A DNA stretch of 64,000 bases from IMG/VR virus record IMGVR_UViG_3300048930_000409, positions 12,212 through 76,211 of that record. The stretch is one strand, 5' to 3'. The stretch is from a virus. Shown piece after piece: positions 1 to 9,788 of this stretch. Below the pieces are notes generated by a model. That model was not told the origin of the DNA, did not search any database, and was given only the letters and a program-made list of their open reading frames with translations. How positions within the stretch are numbered: position 1 is the first letter of the stretch; each line of letters opens with the position of its first letter. The translations under genes and the position numbers were made by a program.

Positions 1-252
1 TGGAAATACGAGCTCGACGTCACGGACATCCAAGCGGTGCCCATGCCCGAGGGCGCTGTCATCCGGCACGTCGGACAACAGAATGGCCAGCTGTGCGTGT
101 GGGCAGAAGTCAACGCGTCAGCCCCGTCCGTCGATCTCCTGTTCGAGATCATCGGCACGGGCAACCCGATGCCTGCGCGCAATCGCACCTACCGCGGAAG
201 CGTGCAGGTCGGCATCTTCGTGTGGCACGTCTACACGGTGGACGGCCGATGA
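1..252 (+). CDS. 5'-truncated small phage hypothetical protein
   Basis: Frame open from base 1 (WKYELDVTDIQAVPMPEG...FVWHVY); ATGA overlap with next gene. Confidence 0.7.
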   Translation, partial: WKYELDVTDIQAVPMPEGAVIRHVGQQNGQLCVWAEVNASAPSVDLLFEIIGTGNPMPARNRTYRGSVQVGIFVWHVYTVDGR

Positions 253-602
253 AGATCAGAATCAAGAAGCCCGCTGCCGCCCCGGCGCCTGCGCCACCGC
301 GAGGCATCAAGCACTTGCCGGCCAGGACGGACGCCGAAGGGCTGAAGAACTACCATCGGAAGCCCCCGGTCGACAAGCGCATTTTGCTGCCGTCAGCCGG
401 AGAAGTTCACGACATGTCGGCAGAACACCTGCTGCTCTGGAGCACGCTGACGTCGGAGTTCAACCGGGCGCTGCGCTTGGAGCGCGCTCGGCAACAGGCC
501 ATCAAGGAAGAAAAGCACGCATTGGCAAAGGTCGAGGCCGACACGCGGGACTCGGCCCTGGTCTACTGCTACGACAAGTACTCGGACTACATCCCGTTCT
601 AG
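249..602 (+). CDS. hypothetical protein with basic N-terminal tail (MKIRIKKPAAAPAP)
   Basis: ATG overlaps upstream stop; plausible codon usage. Confidence 0.65.
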   Translation: MKIRIKKPAAAPAPAPPRGIKHLPARTDAEGLKNYHRKPPVDKRILLPSAGEVHDMSAEHLLLWSTLTSEFNRALRLERARQQAIKEEKHALAKVEADTRDSALVYCYDKYSDYIPF

Positions 603-723
603 TCGCACGTTTGCAGTATACACCGAACCACTGGCGGTTTATCATTGGTTCATTGGATGCGGGCACGACGTCGGCATCTGACACGAACGGTTCGGTGAGA
701 ACCTGAACACCACGGAGGACATC

Positions 724-1293
724 ATGAAGCTCGGCATCGTGAAGAAGGCGGCGGTCAAGACCCCCGCACCGGCGAAGAAGAAAGTGGCCGCGAAGGCCAA
801 GACCACCGACATGGTGACGGCCTCACTCGAGAACGCCGCCCCGGCCCCGGACGAGGCGTCCGCCCCCGCCGCCAAGGCCGACAAGACGGCCAAGGCCGAG
901 AAGGCCCCCAAGGCGCCCAAGACCCCGAAGGAGAAGGCGCCGTCGAAGTTCGTCTCCCGCGACGCCCACGCGTTCACGCTGCCGAACGGCGACAAGTTCA
1001 ACGACCGCCTGCGCGTGTCCGAGTTCCAGGACCTGACGTTCTACCAGAACGGCACCAAGAAGCTCACGGACGCCCAGCTGGTCGAGCTCTGGCAGGAGCA
1101 GTTCCCGACCGCGTGCGGCGGGGCGTTCAACGTCTTCCACGTCAAGGGTGCCCGCCGCGACTACAACGCGGGCAAGCACTCCAAGATGTTCGACGGCGTC
1201 AAGACCGGCGACCGCGTCTCGGTCGAGTACGACGCCACCAAGGCCGTCGTGCCCGTCCGTGGCAAGGCCGCCCCCACGACCGCGACGGCGTAG
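724..1293 (+). CDS. putative DNA-binding protein: H1-like Ala/Lys/Pro tail plus conserved HTH-like domain (paralog 1)
   Basis: GGAGG RBS; core FQD...KLTDAQLVELWQEQFP...HV..AR.DYN.G shared with 7004-7537 and 61915-62592. Confidence 0.8.
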   Translation: MKLGIVKKAAVKTPAPAKKKVAAKAKTTDMVTASLENAAPAPDEASAPAAKADKTAKAEKAPKAPKTPKEKAPSKFVSRDAHAFTLPNGDKFNDRLRVSEFQDLTFYQNGTKKLTDAQLVELWQEQFPTACGGAFNVFHVKGARRDYNAGKHSKMFDGVKTGDRVSVEYDATKAVVPVRGKAAPTTATA

Positions 1294-1315
1294 GCCCTCC
1301 GACTCCGTCGTCGCG

Positions 1316-1359
1316 CCCGGTGTGCCTTCCCCTCCCAGTCGAAGGCACACCGGGTTTTT
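1316..1359 (+). terminator. intrinsic terminator
   Basis: 14-bp stem CCCGGTGTGCCTTC/GAAGGCACACCGGG followed by T5. Confidence 0.85.
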
Positions 1360-1373
1360 CTCTGGAGATATGC

Positions 1374-1604
1374 ATGGCCCTCAAGTGCTGCCCCGCGATG
1401 GTGGTCACGGTGCTACCTTCACACACGCCGCTGCGGTCGCGCACCATCGAACGCTTGTGCGGTGAGCCGCTCAATCCTGGGGAAGAGCTGTGCGAGCACC
1501 ACCGGGCCGAGCAGGCCGAACTGAGCCGAAGGATTGCTCGCCGTAACGCCCAGAAGTTGCAGGATTACATGAAAGGCAAAGCCCGTGCCAAGACGGACGT
1601 TTGA
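1374..1604 (+). CDS. small Cys/His-containing hypothetical protein
   Basis: GGAG RBS; MALKCCP...LCG...LCEHH. Confidence 0.55.
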   Translation: MALKCCPAMVVTVLPSHTPLRSRTIERLCGEPLNPGEELCEHHRAEQAELSRRIARRNAQKLQDYMKGKARAKTDV

Positions 1605-1869
1605 CATCCAGGGTCATACGACAGAAGTCGTGCGCCTGCCGTTCTTCGCGGGTCCGGATGGACACCTCGCGATCGAGGCGCACTTCATGAACAAGTGTCT
1701 GTCCGTGTTGAAGATGGTCTCGTCCAAGGCCGGTGATTCCGATACGGTCATTCACTTGACCGACACACGGCTCATCTACGGGATAGAGTGTCTGGATTCA
1801 CTCATTCTCGGGTTGACGGCGTTCCGAGAAGAACTGCAGAAGAGAGCCAACCGTGGCGACATCCGATAG
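1585..1869 (+). CDS. hypothetical protein
   Basis: ORF tiles within the early operon. Confidence 0.55.
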   Translation: MPRRTFDIQGHTTEVVRLPFFAGPDGHLAIEAHFMNKCLSVLKMVSSKAGDSDTVIHLTDTRLIYGIECLDSLILGLTAFREELQKRANRGDIR

Positions 1870-2059
1870 TGGCATTTGCCCGCGCTGCGGCGAACCGATG
1901 CCCCAGGGCGAAGCCGACCACGCCACGGCGTGCATCTACGAGCCGTGCAACGAAGTCTCGTGCAAGGCGTTGCGGAATCCGCTGACCTTCGATCAGATGA
2001 CCGACGCCCAGCTGCACTTCCGCTACCACAAGATCGTCATCCCCCGGAGGCGTCCATGA
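1853..2059 (+). CDS. small zinc-ribbon hypothetical protein
   Basis: CPRC...C...C...C; overlaps neighbours. Confidence 0.5.
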   Translation: MATSDSGICPRCGEPMPQGEADHATACIYEPCNEVSCKALRNPLTFDQMTDAQLHFRYHKIVIPRRRP

Positions 2060-2265
2060 CCGTGACTGAATTACATGAACACTTGGAGTCGATGATGGCT
2101 TGCAACCCGGCCATCGCCGAGCTCCCCGTCCGCGTGGTGCGCCCGAACGAAGCTACTCCCGCGACCCCGGTGGACGGGATTGCCTACCACGCGTTCCTCG
2201 GTGAAGTCGTACTCGTGGCCCAGGTCCCGTACACGGTCGTCGAGCGGGCGAAACCCGGCCTGTAA
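2056..2265 (+). CDS. hypothetical protein
   Basis: GGAGG RBS, ATGA overlap. Confidence 0.6.
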   Translation: MTVTELHEHLESMMACNPAIAELPVRVVRPNEATPATPVDGIAYHAFLGEVVLVAQVPYTVVERAKPGL

Positions 2266-2268
2266 CAT

Positions 2269-2345
2269 GTTCTGCAGGACACGCATGGCCCGGCCCGGCC
2301 CGTGGTATGGGCGGCGCCCCGTTCGTGTCCTGCAGGACCCCTAAG
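2269..2345 (+). promoter_or_regulatory. CTGCAG-box element E1 (putative promoter flanked by palindromes)
   Basis: GTTCTGCAGGAC 2269-2280 and GTCCTGCAGGAC 2327-2338 around CCCGTGGTATGG; related to 25657-25748 and 45626-45707. Confidence 0.65.
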
Positions 2346-2359
2346 CCACGGAGGTGGCC

Positions 2360-2611
2360 ATGTCCGACGCCCCCATTCGTACCGTCACGCGTCGTTTCGG
2401 CTTTGACCGCGACGACCTGCAAGCCATCGCCGCCTGGTGGGTCGAGTCCGGCCAGGAACGGTGGGACAAGTCCGCCGAGGCCACGACGCCGGCTTGCGAG
2501 ATGGAGATTCAAGACTTCCTGGATGCCTGTGTCCGAGGCAACCTCGCGGCCATCAAGGCAGAGCTCGCTGCCCGTGAGCCCCAGAAGATGAAGGTCCGCA
2601 TCAAGCGGTGA
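2360..2611 (+). CDS. hypothetical protein ending in KMKVRIKR
   Basis: GGAGG RBS directly after E1. Confidence 0.65.
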   Translation: MSDAPIRTVTRRFGFDRDDLQAIAAWWVESGQERWDKSAEATTPACEMEIQDFLDACVRGNLAAIKAELAAREPQKMKVRIKR

Positions 2612-2692
2612 TTTTGCAGGTGACACCCGCCCCGCCTTTCGACGACGATGGGTGTGGGCGGATGGACCGCCCGACCCACATCGGAGGATGTG

Positions 2693-2974
2693 ATGCGAGA
2701 CGGAATTACGGTACACCCTGGCGGTGGCATGACCATCGAGGGCCCCATCCACATCGAGCTGTACCGGTTGATGGCGACCCGGTCGGCGCTGAAGCTGGAA
2801 GTCCGAACGGGCATGCAGATGTCCCGTGGCCGGTCGGCGGCCTCGGTCGCCCGGACCATCGTCGCGCTGCCAAAGCGCAACAAGGCCGAGCTGCTCGCCC
2901 AGCTGGAGGCGTACATCGAGACGTTTTGCGCCAACAACGGTCTCTCGGCCCCGTCGTGGGTGGGTGAGCGATGA
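2693..2974 (+). CDS. hypothetical protein
   Basis: GGAGG RBS; ATGA overlap with next gene. Confidence 0.65.
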   Translation: MRDGITVHPGGGMTIEGPIHIELYRLMATRSALKLEVRTGMQMSRGRSAASVARTIVALPKRNKAELLAQLEAYIETFCANNGLSAPSWVGER

Positions 2975-3369
2975 GCAACATCGAAGTTTGCCCCAAGTGC
3001 TACGGGGCCAAGGAGATCACCATCTTCCGCCAGACGAAGACGTGCGGCATGTGCGGCGGGCGCGGCTTCGTCGTCTATGGCACACCGCCCCCGGACGGCG
3101 CTTACGTCCTGCGCGCGACACCGGCGCCCCCGGACAAGCAAGGCTACCCGCTGGCGGCCGGGGGGTTCGACTTCACCCTGACCATCGAGGAGTACGCGGA
3201 CGCGGACCTCGGCCCCGGTCTGCATGTGCGCGTCTGGATTCACCACCCGAACGAGGCCTTTGACTGGAACGGCACGCCCATCGGGACGTTCCAAGACCTC
3301 GAGCACGCGGCGCGGGCGTGCAATACGCTGTTCCCCGCGTATCCCCCTGCATTCGTCACCACGTCGTAA
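2971..3369 (+). CDS. hypothetical protein with DnaJ-like CxxCxG zinc motifs
   Basis: CPKCYG...CGMCGGRG. Confidence 0.65.
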   Translation: MSNIEVCPKCYGAKEITIFRQTKTCGMCGGRGFVVYGTPPPDGAYVLRATPAPPDKQGYPLAAGGFDFTLTIEEYADADLGPGLHVRVWIHHPNEAFDWNGTPIGTFQDLEHAARACNTLFPAYPPAFVTTS

Positions 3370-3376
3370 GGAGCGT

Positions 3377-3829
3377 ATGGACACCTCACACACCATGCCA
3401 CTGGCGGACGCCATCGAGTTGATGGGCCGCGATTGGAACGACTTCACTCCCTGGTACACGGCGCTGGCCGAGAGACATCCGGCCGCATTCCCGTTGGCGC
3501 AGGCACCTATCCGCTGGCTGATGGCCATGCGCGGGTGGAAGTACCTGCGCGACGTCCCTCCGGGCCTGCCGACCCAGACCGGCGTGCCCCAGGACGCGCA
3601 ATCCTGGTACGAGCTCAACATCACCGAGCGCCCGTTCCTGGTCATCGTCGGCGAGGTCGTGACGATCCTGTTCCTCGCCGAACTGCACTACGAAGCGTAC
3701 GAGTTCATCCGGCGCGTGCGCGACCTGATCGCGTGGCTCGGCGAGAACGACGACTACGACGAAGGCCAACTGTTCCACATCGTTCAGGAGTACGTGCGGC
3801 CGACAACGGCCATGCGCGAACTCTCGTAG
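3377..3829 (+). CDS. hypothetical protein
   Basis: AAGGAG RBS, operon tiling. Confidence 0.65.
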   Translation: MDTSHTMPLADAIELMGRDWNDFTPWYTALAERHPAAFPLAQAPIRWLMAMRGWKYLRDVPPGLPTQTGVPQDAQSWYELNITERPFLVIVGEVVTILFLAELHYEAYEFIRRVRDLIAWLGENDDYDEGQLFHIVQEYVRPTTAMRELS

Positions 3830-3836
3830 GAGACCC

Positions 3837-4082
3837 ATGCCGCCGAAAAAGCTCAACCCCCGCACCAACGTCGAAGCCGCCATGGATTCCTTGCTACTCG
3901 CCGGACAAGCACGGCTGTGCATCGTGGCCACGTTCGACGTTCGGAAGTTGAAGACGTCTGACGTGCTCCAGACCGTCACCGAAGCTCTCGACGCCCTTCG
4001 GAATCAGGGTAAAATCGAGGCCGCCACCATCGAGTGGCCCCCGACCGACCCCCACGTCGAGGACGTCACACACCTGAACTAG
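3837..4082 (+). CDS. hypothetical protein
   Basis: AGGAG RBS. Confidence 0.6.
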   Translation: MPPKKLNPRTNVEAAMDSLLLAGQARLCIVATFDVRKLKTSDVLQTVTEALDALRNQGKIEAATIEWPPTDPHVEDVTHLN

Positions 4083-4090
4083 AGGAGCCC

Positions 4091-4381
4091 ATGCCACACG
4101 ACATCGTCACAGCCCAGATGTCCCCCACCCAGCGGGACACCATGTACCGACTGGCGAACACCGTCGCAGAAAGCTTGATCGCGGCGGGCGGCAACGAAGA
4201 CGTTCGCATCTCGACGGTCGCGCTGCTGCGCGTCATCGCGGCCGTCATGGCGCGAAATCCCTGGGGCCGAGATCCGGTGACGCAGGCGCACATCAGTGAG
4301 CTGTTGCCGCTGTACGTCCGCGCCGCCATCGAGTCCAACGACGGGAGTCGCATCATCCGACCGTTTTCCAAGTTGGTGTAG
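4091..4381 (+). CDS. hypothetical protein
   Basis: GAGGAG RBS. Confidence 0.6.
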   Translation: MPHDIVTAQMSPTQRDTMYRLANTVAESLIAAGGNEDVRISTVALLRVIAAVMARNPWGRDPVTQAHISELLPLYVRAAIESNDGSRIIRPFSKLV

Positions 4382-4469
4382 CCCCGCAAGACAGGCACAC
4401 GCCCATCGCTTGACGGTATGATGGGTGTGTGCCGTGGACGGACCCCGGCCCGCATCGGAGGATGCGACG

Positions 4470-5195
4470 ATGAAGAACACGCCCGACCCGATTGCCGCCC
4501 GCATCATCAAGCTGTTCAACATGGCCACCCATGCCAACTCGAATCCCTTCGAGGCGGAGTTGGCCATGACCAAGATGCGCCAGATGATGGCGGAACACGA
4601 CCTGTCGCTGGCCGACGTCGAGGCCGCCGCTGGGCGCACCGCCGAAAAGCCCCGCATCGAGATCGTCAAAGTCACGTCCTACACCCGCAAGGGGTTGTTG
4701 GCCCGCTATGACCACGCCATCGCCAACGCGGTCGCCACGCTGACTTCGACGTCCGGGTGGCTTCAGACCCGGTACCAGGGACCGCACAAGTGGCAGTCCA
4801 TGCAGTTCATCGGCACCCCGGCCGATGCCGAGCTCGCCGCCCAGTTGTTCCACGTCTTCATCGGCGCCGCCCGCCACTACGCCCGGCTGGCCTACGGCGG
4901 CACGTGGAAGGTCAATCACTCATCCTTCGTGTACGGGTTCGGTAACCGCCTGAACGAGCGGGCCAAGGACTGGATGTCCGTGGTCGAACCCGCCAAGCGA
5001 GCCCAGTACGGCATGATCTTGGTCGGCAAGTCGGCGGCAATCGATCAGTACAAGAATGAGTTGCTCGCCCCGTTCAAGGATCAGAAGAAGAAAAAAGTCC
5101 GGGACGTCGCCATCAACACCGAGGCGTACTTCAAGGGCGTCGACCGGGCCAACAACACCGACCTACTGAAGTCGGCCAAGATCGGCGGCCGGTGA
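4470..5195 (+). CDS. DUF2786-like protein
   Basis: N-terminal RIIKLFNMA...NPFEAELAMTKMRQMMAEHDL pattern; SFVYGF and AYFKG motifs typical of the family. Confidence 0.75.
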   Translation: MKNTPDPIAARIIKLFNMATHANSNPFEAELAMTKMRQMMAEHDLSLADVEAAAGRTAEKPRIEIVKVTSYTRKGLLARYDHAIANAVATLTSTSGWLQTRYQGPHKWQSMQFIGTPADAELAAQLFHVFIGAARHYARLAYGGTWKVNHSSFVYGFGNRLNERAKDWMSVVEPAKRAQYGMILVGKSAAIDQYKNELLAPFKDQKKKKVRDVAINTEAYFKGVDRANNTDLLKSAKIGGR

Positions 5196-5464
5196 TGGGG
5201 TGGCTTCTCCTGGCGTTCGTCGCGGCCATCGTGGCGGCGTTCTTAGCGGGCTGTTTGGCCACGGCCGGGAACATGCCCGCGCCCCCGCCCCCGGACATCC
5301 TGCAGGAACCGCCAGCCCCCCGGAAGGGGTGGGTCATTGTGACCGGGCGGGGCAAATCGGCCAAGACGTGGAATTTCCCTGTGGACAACGAAGGCGTGGC
5401 CATTGGATTATTCACCCAGAAGGGCGGCAATCTGGCCGCCATCACGGATTCGAGGCCTGCATGA
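5195..5464 (+). CDS. small membrane-anchored protein
   Basis: Hydrophobic N-terminus; TGATG overlap. Confidence 0.55.
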   Translation: MGWLLLAFVAAIVAAFLAGCLATAGNMPAPPPPDILQEPPAPRKGWVIVTGRGKSAKTWNFPVDNEGVAIGLFTQKGGNLAAITDSRPA

Positions 5465-5559
5465 AAATCATCCGGTCGTACCGCGAACTCGCACTCTGGA
5501 CGGTGGTTCTGGCGCTGGTACTGACGTGGGTCGCTGCTGTGCTGACGGAGCACCTGTGA
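5461..5559 (+). CDS. very small membrane peptide
   Basis: Coupled overlaps on both sides; one hydrophobic helix. Confidence 0.4.
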   Translation: MKIIRSYRELALWTVVLALVLTWVAAVLTEHL

Positions 5560-5807
5560 TGCCGGGTGCTCCGCGCACGTACGAGCCAACGCAGTACCCC
5601 ATCCCCGGTCAGGATGGGCCGGGCGGCTTCAAGCACCGGTTGGCGCAGTACATCAAAGACCTGCCCGACCACCTCGAGATCGAATACGTACGTCAATGGT
5701 TACCAGGCGAGGAACGGTTCACCGTTGATTGGCGCGAACAGGCCCGCCGCATCCGGGAGGGTGCCCCCTATGAGCTCACGATTACCATCCGTGACCGTCG
5801 GCGCTGA
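5559..5807 (+). CDS. hypothetical protein
   Basis: TGATG overlap, GGAG RBS. Confidence 0.55.
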   Translation: MPGAPRTYEPTQYPIPGQDGPGGFKHRLAQYIKDLPDHLEIEYVRQWLPGEERFTVDWREQARRIREGAPYELTITIRDRRR

Positions 5808-6069
5808 CCGGCACCCCGGTCCGTACTACGTCCGCGTCGGTTCGCTTGGGTGGCTGGCCTGGGACAAAACGGTCACCGACAGCCCCTTGCGTTCCGAAGT
5901 CGCCGCGTTCGAAGACAAGACAGAGAGCTTGATCGCCGCGATTTCGGCAACCCTTCAGACACGGCAAACCGTGTCGGTGTGTGTGTGGGCACGTGGAACG
6001 CCCACTGCAGGGGACTTACAGGGCTTCATGACGGTGGCGTGGTACACTCCGGGTAAATCGGGGGCTTAG
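5791..6069 (+). CDS. hypothetical protein
   Basis: ORF tiling; start uncertain. Confidence 0.45.
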   Translation: MTVGADRHPGPYYVRVGSLGWLAWDKTVTDSPLRSEVAAFEDKTESLIAAISATLQTRQTVSVCVWARGTPTAGDLQGFMTVAWYTPGKSGA

Positions 6070-6313
6070 GGTAAATGGGGACGGAAACTCTGCATCGCAC
6101 CCCCCACACACCCCATGTCCCCACCCCGCCATCACCCCTTTCCCTTTCTTCCTTTTTCTAACTTGATGTAAATGTGTAATATATGGAAATAAAAAAGAAG
6201 AAAGAGATACGGCGTCCGGGCGTGGGGGGTGGGGGCACCGGGGGGGTGGACTCCAGAGATTCCGTCCCCATTTCCCCGAAACACCCGACAGACCCGAAGA
6301 CCCCGAATTCCCC
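6055..6313. other. origin-like quasi-palindrome A
   Basis: 14-bp inverted repeat 6073-6086/6260-6273 enclosing C-rich, AT-rich and G-rich blocks; related to 61434-61670. Confidence 0.55.
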
Positions 6314-6872
6314 GGACGCGCCACGGCCCTTCCTGGCCAACGTGGACAAGCACCGGCAACGGTTCCACGGGGGGAAGCTGTTCTTGCGGGAACTGACCTA
6401 CGCCATCCAGCTGGACCAAGCTGAAGACAAGCTGGTGCTGCCGAGGTTGCGCCTGGAAGTGCGCGACGACCTGCCCACGTGGGTACCCCCGCGTCGACGG
6501 CGCAGACCCCGGCGGTCGCCCATCCCGAACCTGTCGCGGAAGAAGTACTTGCATTCCGTGCAGCTGAAGCAGTGGATGAAACGCATCATCGAAATCCTGG
6601 CCGGCGAGCGCCAACACATGCGCGTGCTGCTGGTGCAAGATCCCGAGGCCGCCCCGTTGGAATGGGAGGGTCAGTGTGAGACGTGCGGGGCGACGTTCTC
6701 GGTCCGGGGCATCTGGTCCGACCGGGACCGCTTGCCGGACCTGGGAGGCACGGCGTTCCTGGACAACTGTGGCGCCCCGGACCGCGCCATCCTGGAGCGC
6801 GTGATCATCCCCAGGAAGTCGCCGCAACGGCGGAATTGGCTCCGCATCAAGCGCATTGCGCCCCGGCGGTAA
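6183..6872 (+). CDS. hypothetical protein (start uncertain; 5' part overlaps origin-like element)
   Basis: 229-aa ORF, CETC motif, basic C-terminus WLRIKRIAPRR. Confidence 0.55.
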   Translation: MEIKKKKEIRRPGVGGGGTGGVDSRDSVPISPKHPTDPKTPNSPDAPRPFLANVDKHRQRFHGGKLFLRELTYAIQLDQAEDKLVLPRLRLEVRDDLPTWVPPRRRRRPRRSPIPNLSRKKYLHSVQLKQWMKRIIEILAGERQHMRVLLVQDPEAAPLEWEGQCETCGATFSVRGIWSDRDRLPDLGGTAFLDNCGAPDRAILERVIIPRKSPQRRNWLRIKRIAPRR

Positions 6873-6901
6873 AAAAACAGGGGGCAGACGCCGAATTAGT
6901 G

Positions 6902-6930
6902 TTGCAATGCATTTGCTGAGTGTGGACAAT
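6902..6930 (+). promoter_or_regulatory. sigma70-like promoter
   Basis: TTGCAA-N17-GACAAT upstream of the 7004 gene. Confidence 0.6.
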
Positions 6931-7003
6931 GGATATCGGCGCGTGGGTCGCATGTAGCGACCACGTAAGGCATCCCCCCTAGGGATCAAGGAGCACGAAC
7001 ATC

Positions 7004-7537
7004 ATGGCAGTCGAGACCACCCCCACCCGAAAGCTCGGGTCCATCAAGACCGTCGCCAAGAAGGCGGCCCCGGCCCCCGCCCCGAAGACCAAGGCCAAGA
7101 AGGTCGCCCCGGCCGCCGCGCCCGCCGTCGAGGCCAAGGCCGCCAAGACGCCGGCCGCGCCTCGCGAGCGCAAGACCGAGGGTCCGCGCGGTGCTCGCGG
7201 CATGGTGGGCGTGACGTCCGGCCTGTCCATCGCGGCGTTTCAGAACGAGTTGATGCGGAAGAACTTCCGCGCCAAGCTCACCGACGCGCAGCTGGCCGAG
7301 GCCATGCGCGTGGAGTTCCCGAGCGCCATCGCCTACACCGAGAAGCACGTGGCGGGCATCCGCTCGGGCTACAACACCGGCGCCCGTGGCAACGAGAAGC
7401 CCGACACGCCGCTGCCGCGTTTCGGCGAGGACGGCAAGCCGGTCACGGCGCGTGGCAAGGCGCCCAAGGAGCCCAAGGCCGAGAAGGCCGAGAAGGCGCC
7501 GAAGGCGAAGGTCACGACCAAGACCAAGAAGGGCTAG
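7004..7537 (+). CDS. putative DNA-binding protein: H1-like tails plus HTH-like domain (paralog 2)
   Basis: AAGGAG RBS; FQNEL...KLTDAQLAEAMRVEFP...HVAGIRSGYNTG. Confidence 0.8.
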   Translation: MAVETTPTRKLGSIKTVAKKAAPAPAPKTKAKKVAPAAAPAVEAKAAKTPAAPRERKTEGPRGARGMVGVTSGLSIAAFQNELMRKNFRAKLTDAQLAEAMRVEFPSAIAYTEKHVAGIRSGYNTGARGNEKPDTPLPRFGEDGKPVTARGKAPKEPKAEKAEKAPKAKVTTKTKKG

Positions 7538-7571
7538 CGCGGCGGCGTCCTCCGTGACGCGTTGGCACTCG

Positions 7572-7608
7572 ACGGCCGGGATGGACGAAAGTCCCCCGGC
7601 CGTTTGTT
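7572..7608 (+). terminator. intrinsic terminator-like hairpin
   Basis: ACGGCCGGG..GGAC-GAAA-GTCC..CCCGGCCGT then TTGTT. Confidence 0.65.
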
Positions 7609-7622
7609 CAGGGAGATACTCC

Positions 7623-7802
7623 ATGACCCTCGATGAACTGATTACCCAGCTACAGGAACTCCGAGCCGACGCCCCGGAATACGGACCCCGCGACGTCAAA
7701 ATCGAGTGGACGTGGATGCAGGCATCCATCGAAGACGTCGATGCTGGAACAGGACGGTTCGGGGACCGTGTCATCGTCATCAAGGCAGACGTCGACGAAT
7801 GA
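7623..7802 (+). CDS. small hypothetical protein
   Basis: GGGAG RBS; ATGA overlap with helicase. Confidence 0.55.
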   Translation: MTLDELITQLQELRADAPEYGPRDVKIEWTWMQASIEDVDAGTGRFGDRVIVIKADVDE

Positions 7803-9235
7803 AAACCTTCTGGCCCCATCAAGAGAAGGCGATGGCCTACGCCGCGCCCCGCGACCGCATCGCGCTGTTCATGGAAATGCGCTGCGGCAAGACGCCTGTG
7901 GCCATCCGCTGGATGCGGAACAAGCTCCCCCAGGGCGGCACGATCCTGGTCCTCGGTCCGACCGAGGTCCTGGACGATTGGATCGACGAGCTCCGGGACG
8001 AGGGCGAGACACGCATCCTGATGGCGGCGGGGATGAAGCCCGCCGACCGCGAGTCCCTGGTCGAAGAGATACGCAGCTACACCGGGTCATCGCGTATCTG
8101 GGTGCTGTTCAACTACGAGGCCATCCGCGCATCGCAGGCCACGTTCCTCGAACGCGTGCCGACGTGGGACGGCATCATCGCAGACGAGTCGACCAAGCTC
8201 CGGAACCCGAAAGCCAAGACCACAAAGCTGGTCACGAAGCTTGGTGCCCGCGTCCGGTACCGGGCTATCCTGACGGGGTTACCCAATCCGGAAGGCCCCG
8301 AAGACTACTTCAGTCAGTTCGTGTTCCTCAACGGGCAGTTCATGGGGTCCGACAATTTCTGGCTGTGGAGAGAGCGCAAGTTCTTTCAGCCCGTCGGATT
8401 CCAAGCATGGAAGTGGGCCGCCCGTGCGACCACCGTCACCGAGATCAAGACCGAGGTCGCCCGCGAAGCGTTCCGCATGACGCGCAAGCGGGCCAAGATC
8501 GGCGGCGCCCTGCTCCAGAACCGATGGATGGTCGACCCCACCGAAGAGCAGGTCAAGGCGATGAAGTCAGTGATGAAACACTTCAGCGTCGGCGACCATC
8601 AAACGCAGTGGGCCACGGTACGCGACGTGTGGCTGGCCCGCATCGCTGGAGGCTACCTCCCAGAAGCGGGGCCGGTCGATGAGGAGACCGGTGAGCCGAC
8701 GACGACGTACCGGATGATCTCGGACCGGAAACATCAGGCATTGTTGAACCGCCTGCAGACGGACTTAAGGGGTGAACCGGTCGTGGTGTGGTTCCGGTTC
8801 AACCGGGAACTGTACGACGTCCAACGCGTCCTGCAGGATGCCGGGATTGATGCGCGGGCGATTACCGGCATGACACCCCGCGTCGACCGGGTGAAGATCC
8901 GCACGGCGTTCAAGGAGGGGAAGTTCAACGTCATTCTCATCCAGCTGGCCACGGGGCTGTATGGGTTGAACCTCTCGAGAGCGTCGACCGCGATCTACTT
9001 CTCCAACAAGTACGATTTGGAAGTGCGCGCGCAATCGCAGGACCGCATCATCCACGGCATGAAGACATCGGCCTCGCACGTCATCGATCTGGTGTGCCGG
9101 GGGTCCATTGACGAGGCCGTCTCCAAGGCGTTGCGGAAGAAGTGGAACAACCAACAGGCCTTCGACATGGCCCTTGCGTCCGAGTGGGGCGCCCAATTCC
9201 AGAGGATGTATGGCAACGCTAAATCGCGACAGTGA
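7799..9235 (+). CDS. SNF2-like superfamily 2 helicase
   Basis: WPHQ Q-motif, MEMRCGKT Walker A, IADES Walker B, LTGLP motif III, GLNL, QSQDRI motif VI. Confidence 0.9.
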   Translation: MKTFWPHQEKAMAYAAPRDRIALFMEMRCGKTPVAIRWMRNKLPQGGTILVLGPTEVLDDWIDELRDEGETRILMAAGMKPADRESLVEEIRSYTGSSRIWVLFNYEAIRASQATFLERVPTWDGIIADESTKLRNPKAKTTKLVTKLGARVRYRAILTGLPNPEGPEDYFSQFVFLNGQFMGSDNFWLWRERKFFQPVGFQAWKWAARATTVTEIKTEVAREAFRMTRKRAKIGGALLQNRWMVDPTEEQVKAMKSVMKHFSVGDHQTQWATVRDVWLARIAGGYLPEAGPVDEETGEPTTTYRMISDRKHQALLNRLQTDLRGEPVVVWFRFNRELYDVQRVLQDAGIDARAITGMTPRVDRVKIRTAFKEGKFNVILIQLATGLYGLNLSRASTAIYFSNKYDLEVRAQSQDRIIHGMKTSASHVIDLVCRGSIDEAVSKALRKKWNNQQAFDMALASEWGAQFQRMYGNAKSRQ

Positions 9236-9785
9236 GTATCACTGGAAGAACTGGCCGGAGCACGACGACGCCTACCCGTGGCTGCTGTCGGTTGACCCTG
9301 GCTTGAACTCGTGCGGGTGGGCGCTGTGGTTCGATGGCCAGCTCGTCAAGGTCGGCGTCGTCAAACCCCGAAGGTCTGGTACACTGGGGGACCGTATGTC
9401 CACCATCCTGAATGCCATTGGAGAGGGGACAGCCGGACATCACACACTCCCGGGAAACAGGTACAAGTTCATCACGTCCGAGCCGCGCATCCACTGCGTC
9501 ATCGAGATGCCGCACTACCAGGAAGGCTCGGCCAAAGGATCGTTTGGCTGGAAAACGGGTGACTTGCAAAAATTGACGTTGCTCGTAGGATTCCTGGCGG
9601 GGCATGATTGGGGGGCCGTGACATTGGCGACGCCGCGCGATTGGAAAGGCCAATTGCCCAAGGACGTTGTCATTCGTCGGGTGACCGCTCGACTGGGAAA
9701 ATCCCGGTGCGAGCAGCTGGACATCAAAGCTGACGCGTGGGATGCGGTCGGCATTGGACTGTGGGCGTTGACGGGAAAGGTGTGA
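9210..9785 (+). CDS. RuvC-like Holliday junction resolvase
   Basis: LSVDPGLNSCGWA, VIEMP, PRDWKG, DAWDAVGIG catalytic pattern. Confidence 0.8.
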   Translation: MATLNRDSEYHWKNWPEHDDAYPWLLSVDPGLNSCGWALWFDGQLVKVGVVKPRRSGTLGDRMSTILNAIGEGTAGHHTLPGNRYKFITSEPRIHCVIEMPHYQEGSAKGSFGWKTGDLQKLTLLVGFLAGHDWGAVTLATPRDWKGQLPKDVVIRRVTARLGKSRCEQLDIKADAWDAVGIGLWALTGKV

Positions 9786-9788
9786 TAC